The position numbers were made by a program, and so were the translations under genes. From the NCBI RefSeq assembly GCF_009914755.1, contig NC_060940.1: a stretch of DNA of 64,000 bases. The stretch is one strand, 5' to 3'. The notes under the pieces are model-generated. The model saw only the letters and a program-made list of their open reading frames with translations, was not told where the DNA came from and did not search any database. The DNA comes from the human T2T-CHM13v2.0 reference genome, Homo sapiens. Of this stretch, positions 28,444 to 42,140 are shown piece after piece (the stretch's first letter is position 1; the number at the start of each line of letters is the position of its first letter).

Positions 28444-29192
28444 CAAGAATAGCTTTTCCTCTGCTCCCTGGTGAGTTTTCCTTTAAATGATGTATCAGCT
28501 GTCACTATAAAGGGAATTAGAGACACAGGGAGTTTGAGACAGGAACTTTGCTGGTCATTTCAGTGTACATGTTCCCAACAACCAACAGCATCAAATATTC
28601 ATCCCCATCTGAAAGCAACCCTGCCAAGGCATCAGAAAAGTGCATTTGCTAAATACCTAAACATCTGGACAGCAGCCTTTCCAGAGGAATCAGAGCCAGA
28701 GAGAGCAGAGCCAGAGCTCAAAGTGACAGCGTAACTAGCTTAAGCAGCTGAAAGGACAAAGGTAGCCAGCCCTGCCATTGAGTGGGGAGGGCTGGTACGA
28801 GAAGAACCTTGGCAACGAGTTCCCAGTTTACAGCAATGGCCTTGGCTAACAAACAAAATATGTTGGTCACTCCATCTTGCTCCAAGGTCAAAAATGAACC
28901 TCCTGTTCCATCTTTATCCTAATCAAACAATCTGATTCTAGGCCACTCTTTGAGTTTGGCAAAGCACAACCAACATCCTTCATGATGTGCTGCACTTTTG
29001 CAGATTAATTTGGAACTGTTCCCATGACAGCTATCAGCCTGGGACCTGATGCTTTTGGCTGAGCATACTTTACAGCTCCCAGTAGCACCAACACCATGAA
29101 CCTCCCTCTCTTCCCCTCTCTGTCTCTCTTTATTTTTGTTTCCTCTCTCTCTCTCATAAAGCTACCATGAATTTCTTTAAAATGAATATATT

Positions 29193-29800
29193 TTTAAAAT
29201 GCTATGCTCTAATAGGTAAGTATAGTATTATCATATGGCCCAGCAATTCCACGCCTAGGTATATATGCACCCCAAAATTGAAAACACATGCCCATACAAA
29301 AACTTGTGCACAAGGGATCATAGCAGCATTCATCTATTAAAATAGCCAAAGAGTGGAAACAACCCAAAAGTCCATTGATGGATGAAGGAATAACAAAATG
29401 TGGTAATTCCATACAATGGAATATTATTCAGCCATTAAAAAAATGAATTACTGATATATATTACAACATGGATGAACCTTGAAAACATTACCCCAAGTGA
29501 AAAAAGCCAGTTCCAAAAGACCATATATTGTATGATTCCGTTTGCATGAAATGCCCAGAATAGGCAAATCTATAGAGACAGAAAGTAGATTCGTGGTTGC
29601 TTAGGGTTGGGGTGACGGTATGGGGGAGTGACTAACTGCTAATACATATGGGGTTTCATTTAAATGAGAGAAAGATGTTCTAAAATTAGATTGTGATAGT
29701 GGTTGCACAACCCTGTGAATATACTAAAAAACATTAAATCATATACTTTAAATGGGTGAATTGTATGGTGTATGAATCATATCTCAATAAAGCTGTTTTA
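29193..29800 (+). mobile_element. L1MB(7-like) 3' end, 5'-truncated
   Basis: cccagcaattccac..ctaggtatata...ggcaaatctatagagacagaaagtaga...atctcaataaagctg; flanked by identical tttaaaatgaatatatt. Confidence 0.9.
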
Positions 29801-30449
29801 AAATGAATATATTCCTTAAATATGCTTTATAATGCAATATCATAAAGCTCACAAGGTATTTAAGTGGACTACATTCTTACACAGCCCTAGAGAAAGTGGA
29901 AGTGAAAGTTCTGATTACCTCCTTCCTCCTTTTCTTACTGCAGAGAGATGTTCTCACAAAAGTGGGAAGTAATTGCCTAACGCATTTCGCCTCACATTTC
30001 AATCTCAAGCAGATGAAAATCAGGTGTTTTTACAGCTACAGAGGTCCAGGAAAAGGATAATGTTCCAGCCAAAAACAAGAATGATGGAAACTGGATATAC
30101 CGAAGAGGTTTTTTTTGACATGATATGATAAAATAGAAATATAATCAGCTATAGAAGTCTCACCCTAATGAACAATAGAAAACAGGAGACAATCTTTGGT
30201 CCTGTATTGTTAGATATTTGCCTTCAAGAGGCAGAGAAAGTGTCCTAATACTTCAAGATTCTTCTCTTCTAGTCACGCTTCCCTGAGGCAGCGACAAAGG
30301 GTTCAGCTTGCCTCCCAGAGCTACTGAGATGGACAATGCCAGGGACCTAGAAGACCCTCGGGTTCTGTCTTCATTGTGACCCCCATATTCCCTGGCAGGA
30401 TCTCTTTCAGAATGCAGTGGTTATTTGGTGCCATCGGTGCTATAGAGCC

Positions 30450-30925
<476 letters not shown>

Positions 30926-31122
30926 GTTTGTTCCAACTAATCTCCATCCTGAAACAATGTTAGTTTTGGCCATAGGGCATTAACTCTCAGACGTGAGGGT
31001 ATCTGTGGTCACATGGAGGCCATACCACTGCAATGTGGGAAGACCCATCAATATTCAGAAAAGCAGAGCCTCTTAGAATCAAAGAATATTGAAATCAAGA
31101 GGAACTTAGAAAGTATCTGAAT

Positions 31123-31581
31123 CTGGGGTCCCTAACCCATGGGCCATGGACTGGTACCGGTTTGTGGCCTGTTAGGAACTAGGCCGCATAGCAGGAGATG
31201 AGCGGCAGGTGAGCAAGCGAAGCTGGGCTCCACCTCCAGTCAGATGAGCAGTTGCATTAGGTTCTCATAGGAGCACAAACCGTATCGTGAACTGTGCATG
31301 CAAGGGACCTATGTTGTGTGCTCCTTTTAAGAATCTAATGTCTGATGATCTGTCACTGTCTCCTATCACCCCCAGGTGGGACCATCTAGTTGCAGGAAAA
31401 CAAGCTCAGGGCTCCCACTGATTCTACATTGTAGTGAGTATGTAATAGTAATAGAAATAAAGTGCACAATAAATGTAATGCCCTTGAATCATCCCTAAAC
31501 CATCCCCCATGCCCACACCATCTGTGGAAAAATTGTCTTCCACAAAACCAGTCCCTGGTGCCAAAAGGTTGAGAACTGCTG
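31123..31581 (+). mobile_element. MER1A hAT-Charlie
   Basis: ggggtccctaaccc..ggccatggactggtaccgg...ccatctagttgcaggaaaacaagctcagggctccc...aaaccagtccctggtgccaaaaggtt; TSD atct(ga/ag)at. Confidence 0.9.
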
Positions 31582-31911
31582 ATCTAGATAGTCCTTATTG
31601 GTACTTAAATTTTCTCCCTAACTATGTTGACAAATAATTCAGAGTCAAATCCATGGACTTTGTGTTCTGATCAACTAAAGCACCATTTTTTTCTACTTAG
31701 GAGGCAGATCGCAGCAGACCCACCTGAGAGACTCAACTAAATTAAAGCCAACAAATCATTTGTGCCCAGACTTGGGCTAGAAATTGGAGGTGGATGCCTG
31801 CCGTCTTGGAGCTTCTGATCTGGTTGGAGAAATAAACTTACGTATTTGAGTCAACCAGAAGACAATTCAAGGCAGTGTTTAAGCCAAACACCAGACGGCA
31901 TTTAAAGTCCC

Positions 31912-32394
31912 TGTATTAGTTTCCTATGACTGTTGCAACAAATTACCACAAACTTGGTGGCTTAAAACAACACAAATGTATTCTCTTACAGTTCTGGAGG
32001 CTAGGAGTATAAACTATGTTTTATAAGGCTAAAGTCAAGGAATTGGCAGGGCCAGTTCTTTCTATACGCTTTGGGGAGAGAATCTGTTCCTTGCCTCTTC
32101 CAGCTTCTCATGGCTGCCAGCCTTCCTTGGTGTATGGAGGCACCATTCCAATCTCTGCTTTCCTAGTCACACTGCCTTCTCCTCTTCTGCAGTCACAGCT
32201 CTCTCCGCCTACCTATTCTAAGGACATTCGCGATTACATATAGCACCACTCAGATAATCCAACATAATCTCACCATCTCAAGATTCTTAATTTAATCACA
32301 TTTGCAATGTCCCTTTTGCTATATAAGGCAACATTTGCAGGTTTGGGAGATTAGGACCTGGATATTTTTGGATGCCACAGTTCAGCTTATCACA
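31912..32394 (-). mobile_element. MLT1C-like MaLR solo LTR
   Basis: tgtattagtttcctat..ctgttgcaacaaattaccacaaacttggtggcttaaaacaac...caca; TSD gtcc(c/t). Confidence 0.9.
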
Positions 32395-33950
32395 GTCCTC
32401 AATAGCACCAATTGTTGGGGGGGGTGGTGATGGGGATAAATCAATTTTGACCGGGAAAGATGGTTTGAGGATAACGGAGTTAGGATCAGCTTAAATGTGG
32501 ACAGAGTTTGATCAGGAAGAGAGAAAGAAGAGCACTACATTGATCAACAAAAAGAATGAAAATAATCAATTAGGCTCGTATTAAGCATCATTTACAAGCT
32601 CATATTTGTGCTAAGTCCTTCAATCTGTAGGGATTGAAATTCCCAAACACTTGGTCTCTGTCCCCAAATTTGGGTCCCCAAATTCCCAAACACTTAGTCT
32701 CTATCTCAAGAAGCCTTTAAAGTATTAGGAAATGAAACATGTATGTGCATAAAGCAGTGAATATACCACTCACTTGCTTTCCACTGGGAAAAGTAGTTCA
32801 GTGTAAGCTGTGGTCAGTGCAGCCTCACTAGGAGAAGGGGGCCTTACATGAGTCACCCGCTCTTTCAAACAGCCAGTAGAGGTGGGGATGCGCTGAGGAG
32901 GATGAAGGCTAAGAGAGGGCAGGAAGCTTGGCAAGAGGCAGCTCACCCAAAACCTTACCCAGCACAGTTACAGTAGAACAGCAGGACTGAAGCCAGGCTC
33001 CAGCAAATCAGGAGAAAATGGATGGGTAAGAATTGGAGGCACAGCAAGAGAGAAGGGGAGAAAAATAAGAAGAAATGGGCACTCTTTCTAAAAAGAGTGA
33101 CCGGTCAGAAAAAGTCAGGAGATGGAGTTTGGTTTTGTTCAAGAGAAGAGAAATCTGATCATACTTGAAAGAGAAAAAGAGGAGGAAAGGGCAAAATCAG
33201 AAATCCTGGAGAATGAGGTGATATTCGTGAACTGCAACTTGTAAAAACAACTTTGGTCTGGCACACTGTTCTCAGGATGAGGAAGGTGGCTGAGAACACA
33301 GCTCCAGGGTTAGCCCTGAGGCCACCCCTCCCCTCTTCACTGGTCCATTGGTGAGGGTAGGGGGCTGCATCCTGCTGGGTCACTTTGACATTTCCCTTAA
33401 GTTTGCAGGGTTTATTTAGAAACACTTCTTAGATGACAATAGAGGTAGGGGAGGTAAGAATTATCCCTCTAACCATTTTGGGCCCCATTCCAGTACTAAT
33501 GAGGTGTCAAATCATTAATAGGTGGAGAAGCTTGTTAGCCTTGGCTTCATTTTTGTAGATAGTGAAATACTGTCCTTAAGCCTTCTGTCTCATTTGTTAG
33601 CAATGTCCACCTTTTTCAATTCTCTTTAGATGACATGAAGGCATGGTATCAGAGGCAGAGAAAAAGGGAGGTGAGCTGGAGGGCAGACAGGTAGGTAGGT
33701 GTTCTATGATCTCTGCTAAAAGGATGAAACTTAAACATAGAACCCCTAAACCTTTGGCTCTCAGGTCATGAGAATATTTCAACTCAATTCAACAAGGATT
33801 TATCGGGACCTGCTGTGTGCCTGCCACTCTGCTGAATGTTGACACAACATGGTTATGATTTATTTCCTGGCCCTTATGGAGGTCTTGCCTTTTGGGGGAG
33901 GTAGAATGAAAACAACTACATCCATCAGAATTTCATTGTTCTGTATGCAG

Positions 33951-34043
33951 CGCAATCCTGAAAAATAGAGAAAGGTATTCAGGGCTAGTTGGGGACATTG
34001 CTATTCTGAACAAAATCAGGATTTGTGGCATGAAAAAAGACAG
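33951..34043 (+). other. Candidate LTR-derived cryptic exon (93 nt)
   Basis: ttgttctgtatgcAG acceptor; CAG|GTAAGT consensus donor at the Alu junction; body resembles a MLT1 LTR end (ctgaacaaaatcagg). Confidence 0.25.
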
Positions 34044-34048
34044 GTAAG

Positions 34049-34355
34049 TGCCGGGCGTGGTGGCTCACGCCTGTAATCCCAGCACTTTGGGAGGCCAAGG
34101 CGGGCAGATCACCTGAGGTGGGGAGTTCAAGAGCAGCCTGACCAACGTGGAGAAACCCTGTCTCTACTAAAAATACAAAATTAGTTGGGCATGGTGGCGG
34201 TGCCTGTAATCCTAGCTACTCAGGAGGCTAAGGCAAGAGAATCACTTGAATCCGGGAGGTAGATGTTGCGACAAGCCAAGATCATGCCATTACACTCCAG
34301 CCTGGGCAACAAGAGCAAAACTCCGTCTCAAAAAAAAAAAAAAAAAAAAAAAAAA
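34049..34355 (+). mobile_element. AluSp
   Basis: gggagttc..cagcctgaccaacgtggagaaacc; A26 tail; TSD aaaaagacagg. Confidence 0.95.
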
Positions 34356-34419
34356 GACAGGAAGAACACAGATTTAGATGGGCACTAACCAGTAGTTCCA
34401 GAACAACCAACTCTAATAC

Positions 34420-35540
34420 AGCTTAAGGGAGCTGTTCCCAAAATAGGAATCAAGTGATGTGGAAGCATAAAGAAAGGAGAGATTAATTCTCATACAGGGG
34501 TAGATAGGGGGCACCTAATATGGTTGACAGAGACATTTTTTCACCATGAAAATTAGACTTGAGCTAGATTTGAAGAATGATCAAACTTTCAGCAGGTTAG
34601 AGAAGAGGATGCCCCACGGATTTGGAGCCAGGAGCACTGAGGTGGGGAAGTGCTTGACAGATTTGGTGAATGGCTAATACAGGAAGAGAAGAGGTGTTGG
34701 AGGCTGTGGCACACGAGGAGAGTAGAGAGGAATTTGAAGGGTATGCAATGCCATGCTGAGGAGTTTTAACTTTATCCTGCATACAATAGGGAGTCATAGA
34801 AAATTTTTTAAGTAAACTAATGAGACAGTAAATATATCAGTTAGCTATTGCCACATAACAAATTACTCCAAAATCTCAGTAGCTTAAAGCAAAAATAATA
34901 TACTATACTTGAGTTTACAAATCAGCTGGGACACTGCTCAAGGCTGTTGGCTAATCTAGTCTCAGCTGGGCTCACTCATGCATCTGCTGGTTGACTGGAG
35001 CTCTGCTCTAGGCCAGGGTTAGTTAGGGCATCTTAGGGAGGTTTTGCTCCACGTGTCTCTCATCTTTTTTCTAGAACCAGTGGACTAGCCAAGGTATCTT
35101 CCTCTCCTAGCAATAGCAGAAGCACACGTAAGCAAGAGGGAATGTCCCTAGGCTTCTTAAAGCCTAGGCTGGGAACTAACACATCATCACTTTCACCCCA
35201 TTCTGATGGCTAAAACAAGTCACATGGTCAGTCCCAAAATCAAGGTGTGAGTAATATCCTCCCTCTTTTCGGTAGGAACTGCAAAGGCTGAGGCAAAGGG
35301 TGTAGGTTCAGGGAGAGGTGAAAAAAATGGAGACGTTAATGCATTCTTCCAAATGTGTCTTTAAAAAGATGTCTCTTAAAACATAACTCAGGCAGTAATG
35401 TAAGGAGTGAATGGGAGAAGAAGAAAGTGTAAGTAAAGAAACTAGTTTGGATTATGGTTATAATTCATTCAGGCGATGACAAGAGCATGAACTACAGCAG
35501 TGGAACTTAGTGGAAGAGAGAACAGACTGAAGATGTCTTA
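34420..35540 (-). mobile_element. L2 fragments split by an LTR
   Basis: gagctagatttgaagaatga...atgccatgctgaggagttttaactttatcctg. Confidence 0.65.
34833..35352 (-). mobile_element. MLT1H-like MaLR solo LTR
   Basis: atcagttagctattgccacataacaaattactccaaaatctcagtagcttaaa...gctgggctcactcatgcatctg...caagtcacatggtca. Confidence 0.8.
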
Positions 35541-35616
35541 ACTGCTTCTCCATCTGGAGAGCTTTGACTCCGAGAAATAACTAGATGAAAACCCATCAAT
35601 GAACATTGCTTGGTGA

Positions 35617-36021
<405 letters not shown>

Positions 36022-36649
36022 GGCAGCATGATTCTTTGCTTAAAAAGAAAAGTCTAAGAGAAAAGCGGGGGCCTGCTGGTGGCCACACAGCAAGTATCAT
36101 GCCAGAGCTGCCGCTGAGGTCAGAGGGAACCTCAATTCCTTTGATTCTTCCTTAATCGCTTTCACTGACTGGTGTCCATCTCAGCCATACTCTTGACATT
36201 GATTATTTTTTCTTCATTTTCTCATTGTCTGTGGGCAGACCTGGTCTTATCAAGTATCTTAGCTTCCTCAGTTACACAGATGCCTGCTTCTCTTGTTAGA
36301 CACACAGTGTAAGTACAATAAACATTTCTGGCCTTGATTATCATCTTTTGTTCCAGTTACACTGCCTGTATCATAAGGTCGAGTGTTATTTACTAATTTC
36401 TCCCACCTATGGGGCACCTGTTAGGAATTAGATTCAGCAGCCAGGATGTCTTGGAGAAACAGCAATAGGCTGCTCCCATGCTCTCTGGGAACACCATGTT
36501 CATCAGGCTGCCTTGGTGTTTCTGAGCCCCGGTGTTTAATTTATTAACTACTCTTCAGTTTGGTGATGGGGGAGAGACCTAAATTAATAGGTCTACTCCC
36601 TATAACTGATTTTACACCTTTCTAAATGGGTTAGGATCAATTTAAAGAA

Positions 36650-36850
36650 GGTTTGGAGATGGGTTCCAATCCTTACCAGGCCACTTACTAGCAATAAGAT
36701 ATTGAAGTCACTTAATATTATTGAACTAGCTTTTTGTGTGTGTAAAATGGGGATAATGATAATTTGCACTACACAGTGGCTGTTGGGGTCAAATAAAATA
36801 AAGTGATGTAAATGTTTTGTAAATAGTACTATGCACAGGCACATTATAAA
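36650..36850 (+). mobile_element. MIR
   Basis: ccacttactagc...aagtcacttaa...tgtaaaatggggataatgataat. Confidence 0.75.
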
Positions 36851-37309
36851 AGTTTTCCAGGAAGCCTACGACATTTCCCTATATCCTAATTCCTTACCCC
36901 TTAAATCTCAGTCATAACAATCATCATCAAAGAGGTCTTCTCAACAAGTCTAATCCAATCTAGTCCCACTTCAGCGTACTAATATTTCTTGTTCTTTCTA
37001 AAGCAAGGAAAAATATGAACTCAGGCTATGCTGCTTTCAAAAGGAGAATTTTATATTTTATATGGCTTTCCATTCCCAACACCACCACATATGAGAGGGA
37101 TATTGACAAAGAGCCAATTTAGAGGAGAGAGTTCAAGATGGCATAGGTGGGTGCTTTGAAAGAGCAGAGAAAAAATAGGAAAAAAGAAGACTATTTTGCA
37201 GATAGAGGTACAATGATAGCTAAGGTCAGTTTCTGAAAGGACCATTGTGAACCTGAAGGGTCAGGTTTGTTTGTTTTTGTTTTGTTTTGTTTTGTTTTCT
37301 ATAGGTCCT

Positions 37310-38030
37310 TGTCTTAACTCAAGTTTCCTAGGAAACAGAGAGCCTGAGCTAAGGTTTAAGGGTTGAGATTCTATTTGAGAGGTGCAATCCCAGGGCAATA
37401 AGAGAGGGGGAAAGAGGAAGTGATTGCTGTGTGACATGTTAATATACTGTGTGACTAATGTCATCATGTGTTAACATATATCATGAGCCATGGAGAGACA
37501 CAGCTGATCACTTGTTCAGTCCACATGCTTCGTCACACAGGTTCTTTTCAAACAGAGACAATGGCAAAAGTGTAACTTGGAATGGTCTATGAGAGGAAGC
37601 AACAGAAGGATATTTACCCTCTTATCTGTTTGCATTGGTCAAAATTTGACCACACAGGGAATGAACTCCCCTGCATGTCCAGGTGGCCCCTCAGGAGCTA
37701 TTTGGGATGTCAGATCCCACACCTTATGGTAGAGCATTTCATCTAAGTATGGAAGGAGTAGGAGTAGCCAAAAACTCCAGATGCGTAACTGGTTGGCCAG
37801 GCTACAAAGCAACAGTAAAAGGAGTTGGGCCAGCTTTCTGGACAAGTGACTGGTGGGCCCCAGGAAATGAAACCATACGGACCCACGCTGACTCAGCAGC
37901 TGTAGCTGTCATTCTCAGAGTGGCCTCTACTATGAGTGGTCTCTCAAAGAAGGGCAGACACGGTGGTGGCTGAGATGGACAAGCAGCTGAGGGTGCAGAG
38001 ATTAGGGTCCCAAGCAGATCAGAAAAGGTA
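37310..38030 (-). mobile_element. ERVL solo LTR (LTR40/LTR16-related)
   Basis: tgtcttaactcaagtttcctaggaaacagagagcctgag...atttgagaggtgcaatcccaggg...cattggtcaaaatttgacc..gaactcccctgca. Confidence 0.6.
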
Positions 38031-38054
38031 CATAAGAGACGTTCTATACAGGCT

Positions 38055-38290
38055 CCTCTGTTCAATATCTTTTGGTGCCGACTATGTACCAGGCACTTGC
38101 TGACCCTGAGACTACAAAATAAATTAATAAATCTCACTAAGTCACAGCCACTTCCTCAAAGGCATGCACAGCTCTGTAGATGCAACAGAGACATGGGCAA
38201 ATTATTGCTATATAAAATGGTAAAATGATAAGCACAGTATATAGAAGGCATAATACAGAGGCATGCTAGAACACTATTGCTCAAGAAGAA
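38055..38290 (-). mobile_element. L2 3' end
   Basis: aatatcttttggtgccgactatgtaccaggcact..gctgaccctgagactac. Confidence 0.6.
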
Positions 38291-38309
38291 GGAGAAACAA
38301 CTTGAGAGC

Positions 38310-38480
38310 TGTACAGATGTGGATTGGGCTGCTTCACAAAGTAGTGGATTTCCTGTCCCTGAAGTGTTCAAGCACCAGCTGGCCAGCCACCAAACTAATA
38401 CACCATATGGAAGACAAAAGCATCCAGTAGATGAACTAGATGAGGCTTGAGACCACTCCAGTTCTGGAGAGCTGTATTCT
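38310..38480 (+). mobile_element. L3/CR1 3' end
   Basis: gggctgcttcacaaagtagtggatttcctgtccctgaagtgttcaagca. Confidence 0.65.
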
Positions 38481-38813
38481 TCTGGTGGATTTATACTTGA
38501 CATCTATAGCCAGATAGTTCCATTGGTTAGAAATTTTCATTAAATATCTACATGTGAGGGACCCATATAAGCCGATAGTTTTGTTTCAGTTTTGTCCAGA
38601 CCACACCCTGAACCCCATCTGCTTGTGTCATAAACACATGTCTTTGGTCACCAAGAGGGCAGGATGAAAGAATATGACAGATTGCCTTACTGCTTCTAGC
38701 ACAGAAAAAATAGTTTATACCAGGAACAGCCAACTGGAGAATATAGTAGAACACACAATAGCCAATATAGCAACAAAACTATAAATATCTCTAAACTAAT
38801 CCCACAAAGAATA

Positions 38814-38859
38814 CATGTAATACATAGAGTTTTCATGTAATACATAGAGTTTTCATGTA
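38814..38859. repeat. 20-bp tandem duplication
   Basis: CATGTAATACATAGAGTTTT x2 plus CATGTA. Confidence 0.95.
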
Positions 38860-39602
38860 TTCAAAAAATGTAAACAATTAAAAGGCATTAAAGAAGATGT
38901 GAAAAAGGTAAAGGGCCATTCCATGTTATTAGATGGAGCAACTTAGTGTAGAAATGTCATTTCTCACCAAATTAATCCATAAATCCAATGCAATTCCAAT
39001 AAACATTCCAGCAGAGTATTCTGAGGAACTTGAAGACTTGACTCTAACATTTATATGAAAGAATAATGGTACACAAATAGCCAAATCTATTTTGAGAGCA
39101 AAGAGAAGATATCTGTTCTATATGATAGTAAGATGCACTACAAGTCAAAATATATTTTTATGAAGGATGCTAGTGACACAGTTGCAGAGAAGGAGATCAA
39201 TAGAGCAAAATAAGGAGCTCTGAAAAAAATAGTATAAAATAGGGAAGGATCACAAACCAGTGAGAAAAGGATGGGATGTTTGTTCAATGTTGTTGAGGAA
39301 ACTGACTGACTCTATGAAGAAAAAGCAAGTTAGGTCCTTGCTTCAGACCATACATAAAAATAGTCCCAGATATGTTAAGGACCTAAATGTGAAAAGTAAA
39401 ATTATTAAAATAATACAAATGAATGTAGAGAATATCTTTGTGACTTTGGGGTAGAAAAGGACTTTTTGAACAAGATGCCCAAATCATAAAACATATTCAA
39501 ATTTGATCCATCTGACTACATCAATGAAATTATGCTTGACTAACAACCCCACAAAGCTGATAAATAGGTGGCAAATTGGAGGAAGATTTTTCATCACTAT
39601 AT

Positions 39603-39634
39603 ATATATACACTATATATATATAGTGTATATAT
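39603..39634. repeat. Perfect 32-bp AT-rich palindrome
   Basis: ATATATACACTATATATATATAGTGTATATAT equals its own reverse complement. Confidence 0.95.
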
Positions 39635-39719
39635 CTACACTATAATAGGAATCCTACAAATAAAGAAAAAATAGAAAATGCAATAAAAAAACAAAGAATA
39701 TAAATAAGTTATAGAAGGG

Positions 39720-39851
39720 TAGGGTGACCATATCATTTATTAACTTAACCGGGACACTTAACAGCAAAAAAAGGCACTTTTAATAACTTCACCAGGGCAA
39801 CAGCCAAAAACCTGGACTGTACCAAGCAAACAAGGACTTGTAGTCACTAGA
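39720..39851. mobile_element. MER94-like hAT-Blackjack MITE
   Basis: tagggtgaccatatcatttat...accgggacac; 8-bp TSD tagaaggg. Confidence 0.8.
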
Positions 39852-41439
39852 TAGAAGGGGAAACTGTAATAGCTAATAGAAGAGATGAAGAGATGCTTAG
39901 CCTTATTAGTAATAATATAATTAAATAAATGCAAAATGAAATAATAATGAGATACAACTTTCTACCCATTAAGGCTGCAAAAATTAGAAAACTATGTAAT
40001 ACCAAGTTTTAGCTGGATGGGTACAATTGGCAAGTGTTAAATGATGTAATTTCTCTAGCAAACAATCTGACAGTATGAAATGGGATTAAATAGATTTACA
40101 CTCTATGATCCAGTAATTCCATTCTTGCGTATATACCTTGGAAACATGCGTAAAAGACCACAAGTAGAGATGTACAAGGATGCTTTTTTGCAGCACTGTG
40201 ATAACAGGCTGCTAGAGGCAACCTAAGTGTCCATCACAAGGGGAGCAGGTAACAAAAAGTAATAGGCACATATGATGGAATCAGATACTTTGATTGAAGC
40301 CATGACCTGGATGTGTATACAGCAACACAGATGTCAAAACCATAATGTTGAGTGAAACCATAGTCAATACAGAATGAGATTAACACAAGGCCATTTGTGG
40401 AAATAAAAGTACATACATAAACAAAACAACACTGTGTGTTTTCAAGGATACAAGCATATACCAGGTCATATATAAAACACATTACAGTGGTTGCCTGGGA
40501 GGAAGAAAGGATGAGGAAATCTGGGAACATGAATTGGAAATAAAGGGGTGAAAATACTAAAAGAAAAAAGAAGAGGAACTTTGATCTTTACTCATCATAA
40601 ACCGAGGAGTAAGACTAACTCAACAATCAGCTGCTCAGTTAAATAACCAGCCAACAAAAACAAAAACAAAAATATGTTTCTCCCCATTGAGGATAGGTCC
40701 AGCATGTCACTTTTTAAGATGAAGTCCCTGGGTCCCCAATTAATCTTGTCTTCTTTAAACCCTCATTAGTCCTAATCCCCCAATTTCTTTTCCTCAATCA
40801 GAGCTCTTTGTCTGCATAGGGGATCAATCCTCTCAGTCTAGATTAAGAAAAATATGACAGCTTATGAGAAGTTTACAGGAGATCTATCTCACCAAACTCA
40901 AGGGCATGCAAATGCCAGACAGGCTTAGGAATGACAGTGACATGGGGCCTACGTTATTCTCCCCAGGACCGTGTAGTCAAGCTCCCTGTCTACACAGTTG
41001 CCTTATTTGCTCTCTGCAGACTGCTTTTCTTTGCCCCTCAAAGACAAGCACATATCTTTGCTATGGCTTCCATATGTACATGTTCTCCTTTCAAGGGACC
41101 AACTAGGCATGACTTATATTTCTCTGTCCCAAACCAACATCTGAAGGAGAGAGTATCCATTTGACCCAGCTTAGTCCAATCCACTAGTCAGGCACACAAG
41201 ATTGCTCAGGGTCTAATTCTTTGAGTGATGGGGATGAAGGGCAGAGTTCAGGAAAGAGGCTGTGGGCCGGGCAAAAAAGTCTCATATACTCTCTTTGTAG
41301 ATATCCCCTGTCTCACAACCAGAGAAACAGGTTTTGACCAGGTCAGTAGAAGAGGCATTGAACTAAAGTGATGTCACTTGAGGTTCCATTGCTCTTTCCA
41401 TCCATTGCATATCTTGAAGGGTTTTATAAAAAGAAAAAA

Positions 41440-41630
41440 TTAGAAGGTTAGAGTTCAGCTGAAACTTAGAGATCATTTAGTCTTGGCCCATCATCTGCAG
41501 GTTAGAAAACTGGGGCTTGATGGGATTATAAAACAGTTCAAGGTCAAGTACATGGTCAAGCAAGGACCCACCCAGTTGGATCTCAGACTCCCAGTCCCAG
41601 GGTTTCCATCTCACCTTGAAACCACAGTAT
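41440..41630 (-). mobile_element. MIR relic
   Basis: cttagagatcatttagtc...gcaggttagaaaactgggg...caaggtca. Confidence 0.6.
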
Positions 41631-41989
41631 TAACCTGGAGTACCTTTCGTCCAACAAACGAAATAGACATCAAGCCCCTTGAATAGGAATTAAAATCAAT
41701 ATGATATATACATACACACAGATATACGCTATATCTGCAGTCCCCATCAATATTATGCCTTGAGGTCCATGACATATTCAGAGAGTCCATCAAGGTTATA
41801 ACCTAGTCTGGTGGACTAAAAAAATTCAGCTAATGCTTTGGCTGAATCCCAGTCAAGGTGATTATAATCACCCATCCCCCAGGCCCAGGAGAGCCTCTCC
41901 TGTGTGCATCCCCTTTTCTCTAATCATGTGCTTCCTTCCCACCCTGTGACTGAGGGAACCTTCACTAACAGGTGCATTGGGTGCAATGT

Positions 41990-42140
41990 TACAGTTGGAA
42001 CATTTTAGAGTTGCAATTTTAGACTTGGGAGAGTACTTAGCGGTCATCACTCAAGCCCTCTGAATTTTACAGACGGTGAAATTGAGGTTCAAAAAGAAAG
42101 GATGAGAGGCCCAATGGCACAGGACTGTGGAAGCATAAGA
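41990..42140 (-). mobile_element. MIR relic
   Basis: attttacagacggtgaaattgaggttca. Confidence 0.6.

Larger units (their letters stand above)
38740..40570 (+). mobile_element. L1ME-like ORF2 3' part and 3'UTR, decayed
   Basis: aaattaatccataaatccaatgcaattccaat...acctaaatgtgaaaagtaaa...ctatgatccagtaattccattct. Confidence 0.8.
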
